A program made the translations under genes and the position numbers. The notes beneath the pieces were generated by a model, which ran no database searches, was not told the DNA's origin, and saw nothing but the letters and a program-made list of their open reading frames with translations. Below, in pieces: positions 25,801-40,500 of a stretch of DNA of 64,000 nt; the first letter of the stretch is position 1; the number at the start of each line of letters is the position of its first letter. The stretch is from Octopus sinensis (lineage: Eukaryota), in NCBI RefSeq assembly GCF_006345805.1, contig NC_043001.1, positions 29,512,001-29,576,000 on the forward strand, read 5' to 3'.

Positions 25801-28800
25801 GATACTTATTGAACAGCCCACATACAGCTGAGTATATTAGCTTCTGATATATTACTTTCTACTATAGGTACAACACCTGAAATTTGGGGGAAGTGGGTAG
25901 GTCAATTACATCGCCCCTAGTACTCAACTGGTACTTATTTTACCAACACTAAAAGGGTGAAAGGCAAAGTCAACCCTGTTGGAATTTGACCACAGAGCGT
26001 AAAGATGGACAAAATGCCGCTAAGCATTTTGTACAGCATGCTAACAATTCTGACAGCTCACTGCCTTAAAGCTTATGATATATGTATGGTATTATACTGA
26101 ATCAATAGTTTAGCTGACGATGTTTCAGTTTTCTGCAGCTTCAAAAGGATCATTTAAACAGCTTCAGCAATTCCTCATGAGCAGAAACAACAAATATACT
26201 AGCACTACAGATAAAAAGAAGTATTTGTTACATACTTTTGTTCGTAGAGTTGTTTAACTGCATGTCAGTCTTGATCAAATAGACCTATGACCAAAGGCTT
26301 TCCAACCTTGACCATCCTCTCATTTCAGGAGTATAAAGGTTACATTATCTAACATTCCCTCTTTTTTAAAATGAGAGAGGAGTGGATGTGATTTGATGAA
26401 GATTTAGCTCCTATTTCTAGCAGCTCGACTAATCATGTAGATCCCTCTTGGATTGCTTATCATCTGATATTGAATCATAGAAAAAGTGTACAGTATTGCA
26501 GTCAATTTCCTACTCTATTATTTTTCTGTATATCTAGACTTTGATAGTAAATGCTGCTTAAGCGTGTAAAATGTCAACTCAGTTGTTCTGAAAATGATGT
26601 TTGTTCAAGATTTATCTGTGATAACTTAGCAACCTAGCACAGAATTTGGACATACAGTTGACATGAGAGTTACTTCCCATGCAAGGGACAAGCGAACGTT
26701 GGGAGTTGCTGTTGTAGTATTGATGTTGTTTAGCTCTGGATTGGCCCTGACCTATGATCAAAGGAGTTTTAGTCATTACCATCCTGTCTTTTGTGGGGGT
26801 ATCTAGGACTACATTATCAGCTGTGCCCTTCTCGTTTTCACTTTAAAACGATAGGGTGAAATGTAAGGATAATTCAGCTGCTACTTCAAGTAGGTGAATT
26901 GGAAATGTAGGAACTTCATTGGTTCAAATAATGATGTGTTTATTAATGTATATGATTTAGACCTTAAGAGAAAATTTCCTCTTAAACATTACATTGAGTC
27001 TTAGAACAAGCTACATCTCTCTGATTGTTTAGACCACATCATATCAAATTAGGTTCCAAGGCTATTTCATTACAATTGGCAAAAATGCAATTGAGTGACT
27101 TGATCATATGTGACTTCCTAATTAAAAAGTGGAAATAAACTCCAAATTATAAATAAACAAATAAATTAACCTAACAAAAAATTGGATGAAAAAAGACATG
27201 TCTAAGTAAAATAAATAAATCAATAAAAATATGAGTAATATAATGAAATTATCGTACCCCATCAAGATCTGAAGCAAAAATATTCCCAACAATAGTACCG
27301 GCTGATGCAGAACTTGAAATATTGAAAACAAATAGACTTTGAACTTGGGGTGCATTGGGATTCAGATCAACTCTCACTGTGGCATTGGTATATCCTTTTA
27401 AATCTGGATTCACTGGATCATATACTGCTAAACGAAGCTGAAAATATAAGAAAGTTGAAGCAAACAATTAACAACAGATTGCAGATTTCAGCAGATTTAT
27501 CTTTTATATTTTATCTTTTACTTCAGTCATTGGACTGTGGCCATGTTGGTGCACTACCTTGAAGGGTTTAACCAAACAAATCAACTCCAATATCTATTAT
27601 TTTTTTAAAATCTAGTACTTACTTTATTGGTCACTTTTGCTGAACCACTAAGTTACAGGGATATTAACAAACCAGCATCAGTTGGACTAAACAACATACA
27701 TTTCTGAGCTTAAACCTAAGAAAAGTTTGTGCTGTATTTCTGGACAATGTTAACCTTTTCATTATCAACCCGGCTGAAACCGGCTCTGGCTCTGAGTGCA
27801 AAAGTCTTGTTTTCATAAGTTTTGAATTTAAATCTCCCACCAAACCTTAGTCACAATTTATGCTCCTAACACTAGCTGAATGATAACTAAGTTATTTTAC
27901 TAAACTGAGGGAAGGGGAAAACACAAACATAAAGATGCAGGCACAAACACACATACACAGCAAGCTTCCACACAGATTTTGTCAACTGAATTCACTCACA
28001 AGGATCAGTCAGTTCAGTGCTGTAGTAGAAGACACTTGCACAAAGTGTCTTGCAGAGGAACCAAATCCAAAACCTTGTGGTTGCAAAGCAAGCTTCTTAA
28101 CTAAACAGTCAAACCCTGGTAATGTTTATGCTATAATTTGAATAGCAATATTAGATTATTATGAAGCAGAATGTCCATTCTATTAAAAACTTTGGACTAC
28201 ACAACGTACATTTCTGAGCTTAAACCTAAGAAAAGTTTGTGTTGTATTTCTGGACAATGTTAACCTTTTCCTTATCAACCCGGCTGAAACCGGCTCTGGC
28301 TCTGTGTACAAAAGTCTTGTTTACACAAGTTTTGAATTAAAATCTTGCACCAAACCTTAGTCACAATTTATGCTCCTAACACTAACTGAATGATATCTAG
28401 GTTATTTTACTAAATTCTTTGTTATATTTAAAGTAATTGAAAGAAACACAGAGTATCTCAAAATAAATACAGTAACAAAAAGGTTAAACTGTTTTAGTTG
28501 TTTTGATCAATATTAGATTCTGATACTAACTTACAGCTTAATAGTTTACAGTCTAAAAGAGACCTGGCTATAATAATTGCTTCTAATTCAGCCACGAAGC
28601 CAGCAATTTTAGGAGGCAGGGGCTATATGGTTGCATTGATTCTAATATTGGACTGATGCTTTTGTTTATCAACTCCAGACTGATGAAAGACAAAGTTGAT
28701 TTTGGTAGGATTTTGATTTTATAACCTAAAGAGCCAAAAAGAAATACTGTAAGGTATTTTTTCTGAGGCTCTCACATTTCAGTTAATTCAACAGCCACTC

Positions 28801-28900
28801 TCATCACATTCATGATGATATAGAAAAATTAGTATAAGTTAACAAGCAAGAAAGTGAGGAATAAGAATTTGACAGATAGATAGACAGACAGACAGATAAG

Positions 28901-28943
<43 letters not shown>

Positions 28944-31716
28944 AAACTGTGTAGAAACTAAAACCCCCAGGCTTCCACTGATATTAAATGTCAGCCAGTT
29001 CTTGCAGGTAACAACAAATATACACACATGCTAACAAATACAATATATATGCATATATAATATACATATAATACATGCACACACACACACATAAGTGCAT
29101 GAGTTGTCTAACCAACTGGTTTTGCATAAAGAATATAATGGACAATAGAGGACAATAGAGAGATGCTGCCATATTCCCTTCCATATCAGCTAACTCTGAT
29201 GAGTGCAAAGGTATATAATCAGTTTGTTACCTAACACTCCATTGTATTATTTATGTGAAACCGATTGATGAGGTCAGCTGTGATGGATATTTAATACTAT
29301 ACATTTTGGCTGCTACAAGGGTAATGGTGATGCCTTACAAAGATATCAAATTGCTGGATCAGGTGATGAAAGTTACAGAGAGAGTCATAGCCCAGCTAAT
29401 TAAGGAGAGAGTCTAGATGAGTTGCAGTGTGGTTTTGTGCTAGGGAGAAGCACCACTGATGCTATATTTCTGATGAGACAGCTGCAGAAGAAATACATAG
29501 CCTAAGATAAACCTCTATATTTGGCCTCTGTTGACTTGGAGAAAGCCTTAGACAGGGTCCCTTGATCCCTTATCTGGTAGTCAATGCAAAAACTTGGGAT
29601 AGATGAGTGGTTGGTGAGAGCTGTACAAGCTATGTACAAGGATGCTACCAGTAAAATGAGGGTGGGTAATGAGTACAGTGAAGAATTCAGGGTACAAGTA
29701 GGGGTTCACCAAGGAATGGAGCTTAGCCTCTTGTTCATCATAGACCTCCAGGCAGTAACAGAGGAATTCAAGACATGAAGCCCCTGGGAGCTCCTCTATG
29801 CTGATGGCCTTTGCTCCTATAGCTGAATCACTACCTGAACTAGCGAAGTTCCAGGTATGGAAGCAAGGTCTAGAATCAAAGGGTTTTAGAGTTAACCTAG
29901 CAAAAACCAAAGTCTTAGTAAGTAGGAAGGCAGACAAATCACAAATCCCTTCAGGTAGATGACCCTGTTCAATCTGTAGAAAAGTTATAGATAGAAACTC
30001 TATAAGATGCACCCAGTGTAAGCTTTGGATGCATTAAAGGTGCAGTAATATCAGGGGAAGGTTAACAGGGAAAATAGCTTTCCTATCCAGAAGATGCACA
30101 GATACAATAAATGGTGCAAATGGGCAGAAAATAGACTCCATCAACTGCCAGGTGTGCAAGCTAGAGGTAGTAGATAGCTTCTATTATCTAGATGACCAAG
30201 ACAGTAGTGGAGGTGGATGCTCCTAGAGTGTAACTGTAAGAATAAGATTAGGCTGGGCAAACTTCAGAGAGTTCCTGCCCCTGCTGGCTACAAAGGACCT
30301 CTCTCTCAGAGTGAAAGGCAGATTGTTTGATACCTGTATGCAAACAGCTATGCTGCATAGCAGTGAAACATGGGCTGTGATAGCCAAGGACATGTGTAAG
30401 CTTGAAAGAAATGAAGCCAGTATGTTTTGCTGCATGAGCAATGCCAGTATGCATGTTTGACAGAGTATAAACATCTTGAGAGAAAAATTAAGCATAAGAG
30501 GCATCAGATGTGCTGTGCAAGAGAGACAACTATACTGGTGTGGTCATGTGATGTATATGGACAAGGACAGCTGTGTAAAGAAGTGCCAATCTCTAACTGT
30601 GGAAGAGGTAGATTCAGGAAGACATGGAACAAGGTGGTGAAGCATGACCTTCAAACTTTGAGCCTCACAGAAGCAATGACTGGTGACTGAAACCTTTGGT
30701 GGTGTACTGTGCTTGAGAGGACCTGTCAAGCCAAGTGCACTCAAGCTGGTGGCATGTAAAAAACACCTTTTGAGCATTGGGCCTGATGGAGGCAAAGTGA
30801 CCGAGTTCCTTTCAAGTGTCAGGTCTCATAGAGGCAAAGTGGCTGAGTTCCTTTTGAGAGTTGGACTTCACAGAGGCAATGACTAAGACCTTTAGCATTA
30901 TGTCGTGCTTGAGAAGAAGACCCATCAAGCCAAGCAATATCACAGTTGTGGCAGATACCAGTGTCATGCAAATTGGTACCCATGCTGGTGGCATGGAAAA
31001 GCACCCCAGTGCACACAAATGGCACCTGTGCCGGTGGCACATTAAAGCACCCATTACACTTGGAGTGGTTGGTGTTAGGAAGGGCATCAAGATGTAGAAA
31101 ATCATGCAAAATTCGGCTGGAGTCTGGTGCAGCCTTCCAGCATGCTAGCCTGGTCAAACCGTCCAACCCATGCCAACATGGACAACAGATGTTAAATGAT
31201 GATAATGATGATGATGATGATGATTTGCTACTTGATTATCACAGGTTTTGTTTTTAAGCTGATGAACATATGGTTTATATTAATACTGGTTACTTACATA
31301 ATAAACAGGATACTTCAAAGTGGTAGAATTTAAAGATTGTTTTAGATAGACGTCACCACTTGGAAGAATTGTAAAAACCTCTCTTGCAGGATAAAATCCA
31401 ATAATTTCATAATTCAATGTAACCTGCAAAGAAATAAGGAAATATATATATATATATATATATATCTTTTATTTTTTTTTTAATTTAGTTTCAGCTCAGA
31501 GCTGCGGCCATGCTGATGCACTGCCATTGTAAAATATGGGTAAAATATATATTTTAAGTAAAATTTTTCTTGTTCTGAACTTTACCACATGTAATAAGTT
31601 GTCCTGAACTTTTCCAAATGTAATAACTTCTGTAATTTTCCAGGTTTATAATCATAAGAATATTTTTTCTCTTGCTCACATTTTTCCATGTAACATATAT
31701 ATATATATAAACATAC

Positions 31717-31750
<34 letters not shown>

Positions 31751-32445
31751 TATATCCGAGCGTGGTCGTCTGCTAGCCTTGTCTGGCACCTGTGTCGGTG
31801 GCACATAAAAACACCATCCGAGCGTGGCCGTCTGCCAGCCTCGTCTGGCACCTGTGTCGGTGGCACATAAAAACACCATCCGAGCGTGGTCGTCTGCCAG
31901 CCTTGTCTGGCACCTGTGTTGGTGGCACATAAAAACACCTTCCGAGCATGGCCGTTCGCCAGCCTCGTCTGGCACCTGTGTCGGTGGCACATAAAATCAC
32001 CCACTACACTCTCGGAGTGGTTGGCGTTAGGAAGGGCATCCAGCTGTAGAAACACTGCCAGATCTGACTGGCCTGGTGCAGCCTTCGGGCTCCCCAGACA
32101 CCAGTTGAACCGTCCAACCCATGCTAGCATGGAAAGCGGACGTTAAATGATGATGATGATGATATATATATAAATATATATATACATACATACACATATA
32201 TATTTGTTAAATAAAATGAGACAGCAAAGCCAAGGCTGTGTGGAGTTTTCAGGATATTTATTAAGAGAAAATTAGTCTTGGCTTTGTTTTCTCATTTTAT
32301 TTAACATATACATGCTTGTACAAGACCTGTATTAGACTCTTCACTCATATCATTATCAAACCGAGAGTTTAACTATGGACCTTCCATAGCACTTACATAG
32401 CATTACCTACCACCTTGGATCTTCTGGATACCAATACCTCTCATG

Positions 32446-32491
<46 letters not shown>

Positions 32492-34116
32492 CTGTTATGG
32501 CGCACATTCGGATGCCTTCTACTCAACTCAATTCTTCTCTACTTCTTCGACATCTAGACTTCTTCCTCTATATCAACGTATTGGGCTAGCCTACTTCCTT
32601 GTCTGGGGGCGTCCACACAACATATACACATATATATATGTACATTCATACATACATACATACATACATACATACATAAATATATAGCATTTAGATATCA
32701 TAGTTTTTGCATTTATTTGGTATGAAGGACACTGACCACAAATGAAACTATGGAAAAAAGTAAAACCAAAAAAAAAGCAAAACAAAAAAAAAACGAAAAA
32801 TACAGAAATAAAAGAAAAAAAAATTCCAATTAAAACTTACAGGGTTGTCAGCATCATTGCCACGTGCAGAGAAGACCAGCTTATTGAAGGCATGGTATTT
32901 GTTAATGTTGGTGTTATAAGGTGTGTTCAAAAATGTTGGTGCATTATCTTGAGAAACAAAGATGTTGACTGAAGCCGTGTCGCAGTTGGGTGGTTGTCTC
33001 CTGTCACATGCAGTTACACTGAACTGAAGCATACAATTTAAATAGTATTATAAACCTTAGACATCTTCAGAGGAACACATACAAAGAAATGCAAACAAAT
33101 TTATGTAAACACACATGCACAAAGATATACACTTATGTGTATATATATAAGTGGAAGCAAAACAGAGAACCTGTTCAATGCTGAAACATTACTAAAACAA
33201 CCTGGAATTTTTTCTTGTTTGTTCTTTTTATAGTGTGTCAGATGTTATTTCTTTGTTACTATAACTATGCAGTCACTATAACTTATTTATCATCTTTTTG
33301 TACTGTTTGAGCTTTGTAGCAAGTACTCCTCTCTCGTGTTTGTATGCATATAACTGCATCACACACACTCTCTCTTTCTGTGTGTGTGTGTGTGTTTACA
33401 TATAAAATGAATGAGAATGTGTCTTGCCTACGTAAGATGAGAATTTGAGTCCCACAGGCAGCCTTCAACTCTTCCTCTCCAAAAAGGTTTTTAACCCAAT
33501 ATTTATATATATATATATGATATATCGTTTGTAAAAACATAAATCCAGAGAAGGAGTATACTCCAAGATGCAAACAGGGTTGGATTAAGACCTATCGAGG
33601 CCCTAAGCAGTTAAAAGATTTTGGTACCCCCATAAAAGATTATGTAATTCAAAATATAAACAATAACAAACCATAAAATAAATTTTTATTTTTCAAAATG
33701 AAACAAAACAGTAAGAGGGAAAATAATGTTTGTTTTTGTATACTTCCACTTTATTTGTATTTGAAAAGTTTCCTCCTACTTTTTTGAATTGCAAAGTCTT
33801 TGATCAGATCCTCAAAATTAATCTTAGGTAACAGATTTGCATCTATACTTAGTAGAGATAAAGGCATCCCAAATATTATTTTAGCAAATGTAAAGTGCTT
33901 TCTTTTGTGCCATAAACCATTTACCATTTCTGTGGTGCCCCCTCCTTCCCTTTATGCCCTTAGCACATGCTTATTTTGCTTAATCGTTAAACCAGCATTG
34001 GATGTAGAGCAGTTAATATTTTAATGAGGGAGACCAGTTTATGGGATTACCCTGGGTTTCCCATCCATAAGGGGTGTGGCGTTATGGCCTACTATCAGAC
34101 TACAAAACCTGTTGGC

Positions 34117-34175
<59 letters not shown>

Positions 34176-37100
34176 CAAATAAAAAGATAATTTTTTTTCT
34201 AATGTGGAGTTGTCATTAGAATAGCAGGAATATTGAGTAAATTATCCTTACAAGCGAAAAAAATTTGTAAACAACCAGCCAAAGGACTCAAACCCACAAC
34301 ACTCAAAGACTTCAACAAATGCTTTACCATTAAGCTAAAGTGCCCACTGATAACGTCTCTGCCAAATTTAGACATTAAATACTTTAGCTTTATGGACCAA
34401 CCATGTGTGTGTAAATGTAAACAAACAGATATTCGTTCTTTTATTAGAAGCATCAAAAATGTGTACTGTACAAACAAATAAGATGATATTTTTTTGAACA
34501 CTTTGTAAGGGTAATTTACCCATATTTCTGCTGTTCTAATGGCAACTCTGCATTCGAAAAAATATCATTTTATTTGTATCATACAACACACATTTTTGAC
34601 GCTACTGATAAAAGAACAAATATTTGTTTGTTTACATTTACACGCACACATGTGTGCACACCCACACATATTCTCACACACACATACATACATACATACA
34701 TACATACATACATACATACATTGACTGTTTCCTTAAGGATAGTCTATGACATAAGAGATGTCTACTCAATACTGGCCAGTTGTCTTCTGCTATTGTTGTA
34801 TTCATGGCAAAGTCTGTAGCTTTGTTACACCTTATATTGCATACGGTTAGATCAGAGATATAGGAACGTTTTAAGTACTAGAGGTGGTTTTTAAGTGCCT
34901 GTGGGGGACATCTGTTCTGAGAAAAATAATGTATCTTTCATTTTACAAATTCATTTATCCACTTTTGTTAATATAGAATTGTAATGACATTGCCAGTAAT
35001 TAATTTCAAATTTAAATGCAGAAAAAATTTCACCTGTGGGTTAGAGGTTCAACATGCCTGGGTTAGAGCCTCATCAACTAGAGAAATGAATGCAAAACTC
35101 CTGAAGACTTAGTAGTTTGATTATGTGATTGAAAAAGTTATCATTTGTGGAATGTTTGGTTTTCTGAAAGCATGCTTACTCAGGATAAATTTCTATGAAA
35201 ATAAAGTGCTCTCAGCATTCTTCCAAATAACAATTCATTTTTAACATTTGGTAATTTTCCCCTGGAGTTAATTTTCTACCAAATGTAAATAATGTATTGC
35301 TATTTGGAAGAATGCTGAGAGCATTTTACTTTCATAGAAATTTATCCTGAGTAAGGATGCTTTCAGAAAACCAATATACTGATCCTAGCTCTTGACTCAT
35401 ATTTTATCAAATCCAGAAGAATGAAACCAAAGTCACCCTCAACAGTATTTGAACTCAGAATGAAAGGGGCTATTACCAGGTATTTTATCCAACAGTGTAG
35501 TAATCCATTCTTTTCATAAAAACGAATTACAATTTGAGCTGAAATTTATTTCTCATTGTATAATATATATATACTAGCAGTATCGCCCGGCGTTGCTCGG
35601 GTTTGTAAGGGAAATAACTATAAAGCATTTTTAGAGAGTTATAGCCAAAAAATAGCAAAAAAATGGAAAAAAAATGATGGTAAATTTTTTTGAGAGTTAA
35701 AAAAGGTGGAGTTGCGTCCCCTAGACGGTCTGTGGTTTGGGTTTCTGATTCTCGACCCCATGTCGAATTTATCGATTTTTTTCAGAACTGGGGGAACTTT
35801 TCAAAATTTTCGCTGCGTTAGTTTTGAATTATGACATTGGGCTACGTGTGTGTCAAGTTTCATCAGAATCGGTTGAAAGCCGTGGTCAGAGTGAGGGTAC
35901 GAGAAAACAGACACACAGAAAACGCACAGACAAACTGCCGTTTATATAGAGAGAGATATATACACAATGATGGTAGATTGATAAAAATTTAGAGATACAA
36001 AGCAGAAATAGATATAAAAACATAATGAAGATATCCTGCTGCTATTACATGCTAATTGCAGCAGGATATGTTTATCTGACCTGTGCAAACATGGATAAAC
36101 AACCAATGAGTAAAATGAGTAAATTTCAAATTTCATATGTCATACTCACTGAATTTGTAACTTGAGTAGATGTCAATGCTTTCTTTAAATATATCTTTCC
36201 ATCATCACTGGTGATGAAATAATCATTATTTGCTAATCCAGAAATATTATAATATGGTAGATCCTAAGTAAAAATAAAAATAAGGAAATTAAATATATGT
36301 ATATATATATATATATATACTACATATATATCCAAAAAATGGAACAAGAACACAACAGACAGTAATAAAATATCCTGACAGATGAACAATGCAAAGACGG
36401 ACAGGAAAAACAATAAAAAGATGAACAGGGAAAAACAGGGATGGGTCATTTGCAAGTTCCTCTCATCAGTCAACTTACCAAGTTATCCTTACAGTTTTGG
36501 GCAGTTACACTTGAGACTGTTGAAATCTGGCTGCCCCCAGAAACTAAGCTAAGAGCATTAAATTTTTTAGGAGAAAGCAAGCGAATGTGTACGACAACAA
36601 AGACAAAAGAAATGGAAAACAATTACAAATACAAACAACAAGAAAATAACAGCAAGTGTCTTTCGACTAATAAAGATGAATCAAGTTGAGCTGGCATGTA
36701 TAGAGTGAAAGCCTTGTATATTAATATATATACGACAATACTAGTGGCTTTAATCAATGAAAATACATAGATGAGGGATTTTTTGTTGCTGGTTTTCGAA
36801 ATAAAATGTCATCATCACTGGTAACAACAGGAATTAAGAAAATAACTTACTCCATCACTGTCTATTGCAGTAACTTGAATTATCACTTGACCAAGTGAAT
36901 GAGACATAGTAATATTTCTTCTGTATATACTTTGAGTAAATTTAGGTCCACTTGAATTTTTCGTCACCCGGATAGTCATATTTGTTGTAGTTTTGTCATC
37001 TGGGAATGCTTCATCATAAACAGCAAGAAGTATCTGGTAACAAAGAGAAATCCAAAATTAATAAACAAACAAATAAATGAGCATAGAATCATTCTTAGAA

Positions 37101-37543
37101 GTGTCAGCCAACATGTGAGGATCCTTTTTCTCTTTCTATTCAGGATATGATCAGCTGTATGTGTGTTTTTTTTTTCGGGGGCGGGGTCTATTTTTGGGGG
37201 AAGAAGGAATTATTTTTGTGTCAAACACTTTTTACTTCTTGTCTATTCAGAATATAGTCAGCTGCATGTATATATTGTGTTAAATGGTAATATATATATA
37301 TAACACATTGATCAGAGAACAAACATCAATTTTGAGTCAATGATGCTATATATAACACCACGCCTCCAAACATTTGATCATACATAAATATTACCATGGC
37401 CCTTAAACATATAAAGTATATATATATAAAAAAACACAGAAGGTAAAAAATATATATGTGAATAAAAATACAGACATAGAATGGCCTATCAAGAAGGTAT
37501 ATACAATCGACTAAAAATTCTAATGCATGTCAAATTCTTAAGC

Positions 37544-37582
<39 letters not shown>

Positions 37583-40500
37583 TTCTTAAGATACTCAGTA
37601 GTAATACACATACTTCAAATAAAAAATAAACAGTTAAAATTTAAAATATTCAACAGCAAAAACTGTGAGAAAAAATGACAAAATGAACAGATGATAACAG
37701 GAATACTTACTGTATATTTATCTTGTTGTATATTACGTAGTAAATTAGAATTTTTCAGAATTATATGACCATTTGTGTTCACAGAGAATATATAGGTTGC
37801 CACTCCATAGCCTTGAATTTCAAATTTCAAATTTTGCTGTGGAAACAGAGAACGTTATATTAATAGGAGTAATATCTTGATTGTTATATTTAGTATAACT
37901 ATACATTATTATTTATTTATTTATCATGAATGCTTAAATAATAATTTACAGCCTCGTCTGGCACCTGTGTTGGTGTCACATAAAAAACACCATCCGAGCG
38001 TGGCCGTTCGCCAGGCTCGTCTGGCACCTGTGTCGGTGGCACATAAAAAACACCATCCGAGCGTGGCCGTTCACCAGCCTCATCTGGCACCTGTGTCGGT
38101 GGCACATAAAAAGCACCCACTACACTCACAGAGTGGTTGGCGTTAGGAAGGGCATCCAGCTGTAGAAACACTGCCAGATCTGACTGGCCTGGTGCAGTCT
38201 TCGGGCTTCCCAGACCCCAGTTGAACCGTCCAACCCATGCTAGCATGGAAAGTGGACGTTAAACGATGATGATGAACGAGTATCAAATGCCATACTGTCA
38301 CATTCCTTTGGACAGTACAAGCAAGACTGAGAAGAGATCCTTATACTTTATCAGTCAAGGAATTTCAAAATACAACATCCCTAAATATCACACAAGCTAT
38401 ATTTAATCAGGAGTGAAGGTAATATATAGCTTTTGTGATGTCAGTTGCACACTTTTATTATTATTTGTTCTTTACATATCAATACTGCACAACTTTTTAC
38501 ATCTTACTTCTCACAAAACTTTTTTCTTTTACTATATTGAAATAATACAGAATAATAAATATAAAATGAAGTTCAACTAATCTAATATTCAGAGAAATGC
38601 ATGTGCTGAATTTTTAATACTACTAACGGCTCCATGAGAGATGAGATTACATTGGGTACCTATTTTGCCTGTTGTTATTAAATCATGATTCTTCTCAATA
38701 TGGGAAGAATGCAACAAACTTGAAAGCTTGGGAAAGCCTTAAGGATTATTTACATCTAAGCAATATTATTGTATGCAAGCAATTTTAATACCTGAACACT
38801 GTCACAGAATTATTGAAATTTATATAATCTATATGCAGTGCATGTGGAGGCACTTGGCTTAGTGGTCAGGGTGTCAGCACCATGATCGTAAGATTGTGGT
38901 TTCGATTCCTGGACCAGGCGATGCATTGTGTTCTTGAGCAAAACACTCCATTTCACGTTGCTCCAGTCCACTCAGCTAGCAAAAATGAGTAATGCTGTAA
39001 TGGACTGGCGTCTCATCCAGCTGGGGTACACATACACCATAAAAACCAGGAAACCGGGCCCATGAACCTGACTAGGCTTTAAAAGGGCGCATTTATTTTT
39101 TTACATGCAGTGCATGAACTTATAAGAAAATTTAATGTCTTCCATCAAACAGACCCTTTACCCTTAAATAAGCTAATAAAAATAATCAATAATTTCTTTG
39201 CGCATAATTATAGCTCAAATGTTTTAAAGTTAGGTAACTCTGTCAACTGCTGAAAACTAATAGTAATTGTAACATATAATTGCCAATAGCACTGTCCTGT
39301 ATAGGACGCCACACTTGGTTGGCAATTATATGTTATGATTCTGTATTGCTACTGTTTGCATCTTGCTCAGTGATTTAACATACCTAATAGTAATTATGAG
39401 TAGTTAAAATGAATACATTTATAGGTGGAGTCAGAACTCTGGAACCAATGCATCGGTTGTTAGTTGTCGGAGCACTGCATCCTTCAAAACTTCCATGCTT
39501 CCTGAGATTCACCAACACTACACTTGATTTTCTCCCCTCCATACACACACAAGCATGTTCACTTTCCAGACATTTCTACATTACTGCATGTACTTTATAT
39601 GCACTTTCTGACAAGTTGTGGTGCACCTGAGCACTGTATACAATAATTTTATTATATTATATTATTATATTATATGACTAAAAATTTTATTAAATTAATT
39701 TGCCTTTATGTCATTATGAAAAATTGACTTTATTTGGCTAAGGACTCAAGATTGTTATACTTTATCAAAATAGAATATGAACACAATTTTCTGATGAGTG
39801 GAAGATAACTGGACTTATGTATATCTGGAGGAAATGCAACATTAATTAGAATGAGAGAAAGGAACTCACACGCTGATCTTTATCCCGTGCTGTGACTCCG
39901 GTGAAAATAGTGCTACCCTGAGAAGTATTTTCGTCAATAACTGCAGAATAAGGTGTATTAAGGAATTCTGGAGAGAAGGCGCTTTTAATAATGTCTATTC
40001 TCACTGTAGCTGTAGCAGTTTTTTCTGGAATTCTCTGGTCACTAGCAGTCACTTCAAACTGAATAATGTGTGCATAAATAAAATCTAATTACAAATTATA
40101 ACAAATAAGTAACAAATAATTAACAAATTATAATAGAAATTAAAATTTATATGAAAACAAATTGAAATGTATAAAACAGAATTCAAAAGTATTTAATTTT
40201 TCCTTACAGAATTAGCTTTTGTAATGAAAATGTAAAAGTATCTTGTATTTTTAATATTTCATGCTGGTGTAGCTTATATGAGTGGTTGTTTGGTAAAGAG
40301 TATATATTTATAAGTGCCTCTTAAAATGACACATTAGAAGAAGCAGCTAGTGATTAAAAAAAGAGAGTAGTGATGTGTATAAGCAATGTCCATGGTTATA
40401 ACAACGGAATTGGAAAAAGTGAATGAAGTTAAACGTTTTCTGTTTAATTTGAGTTGTTGCTGTTTAGCATAGGAAACAAAGCTACTGTATGAAGAGAAAA

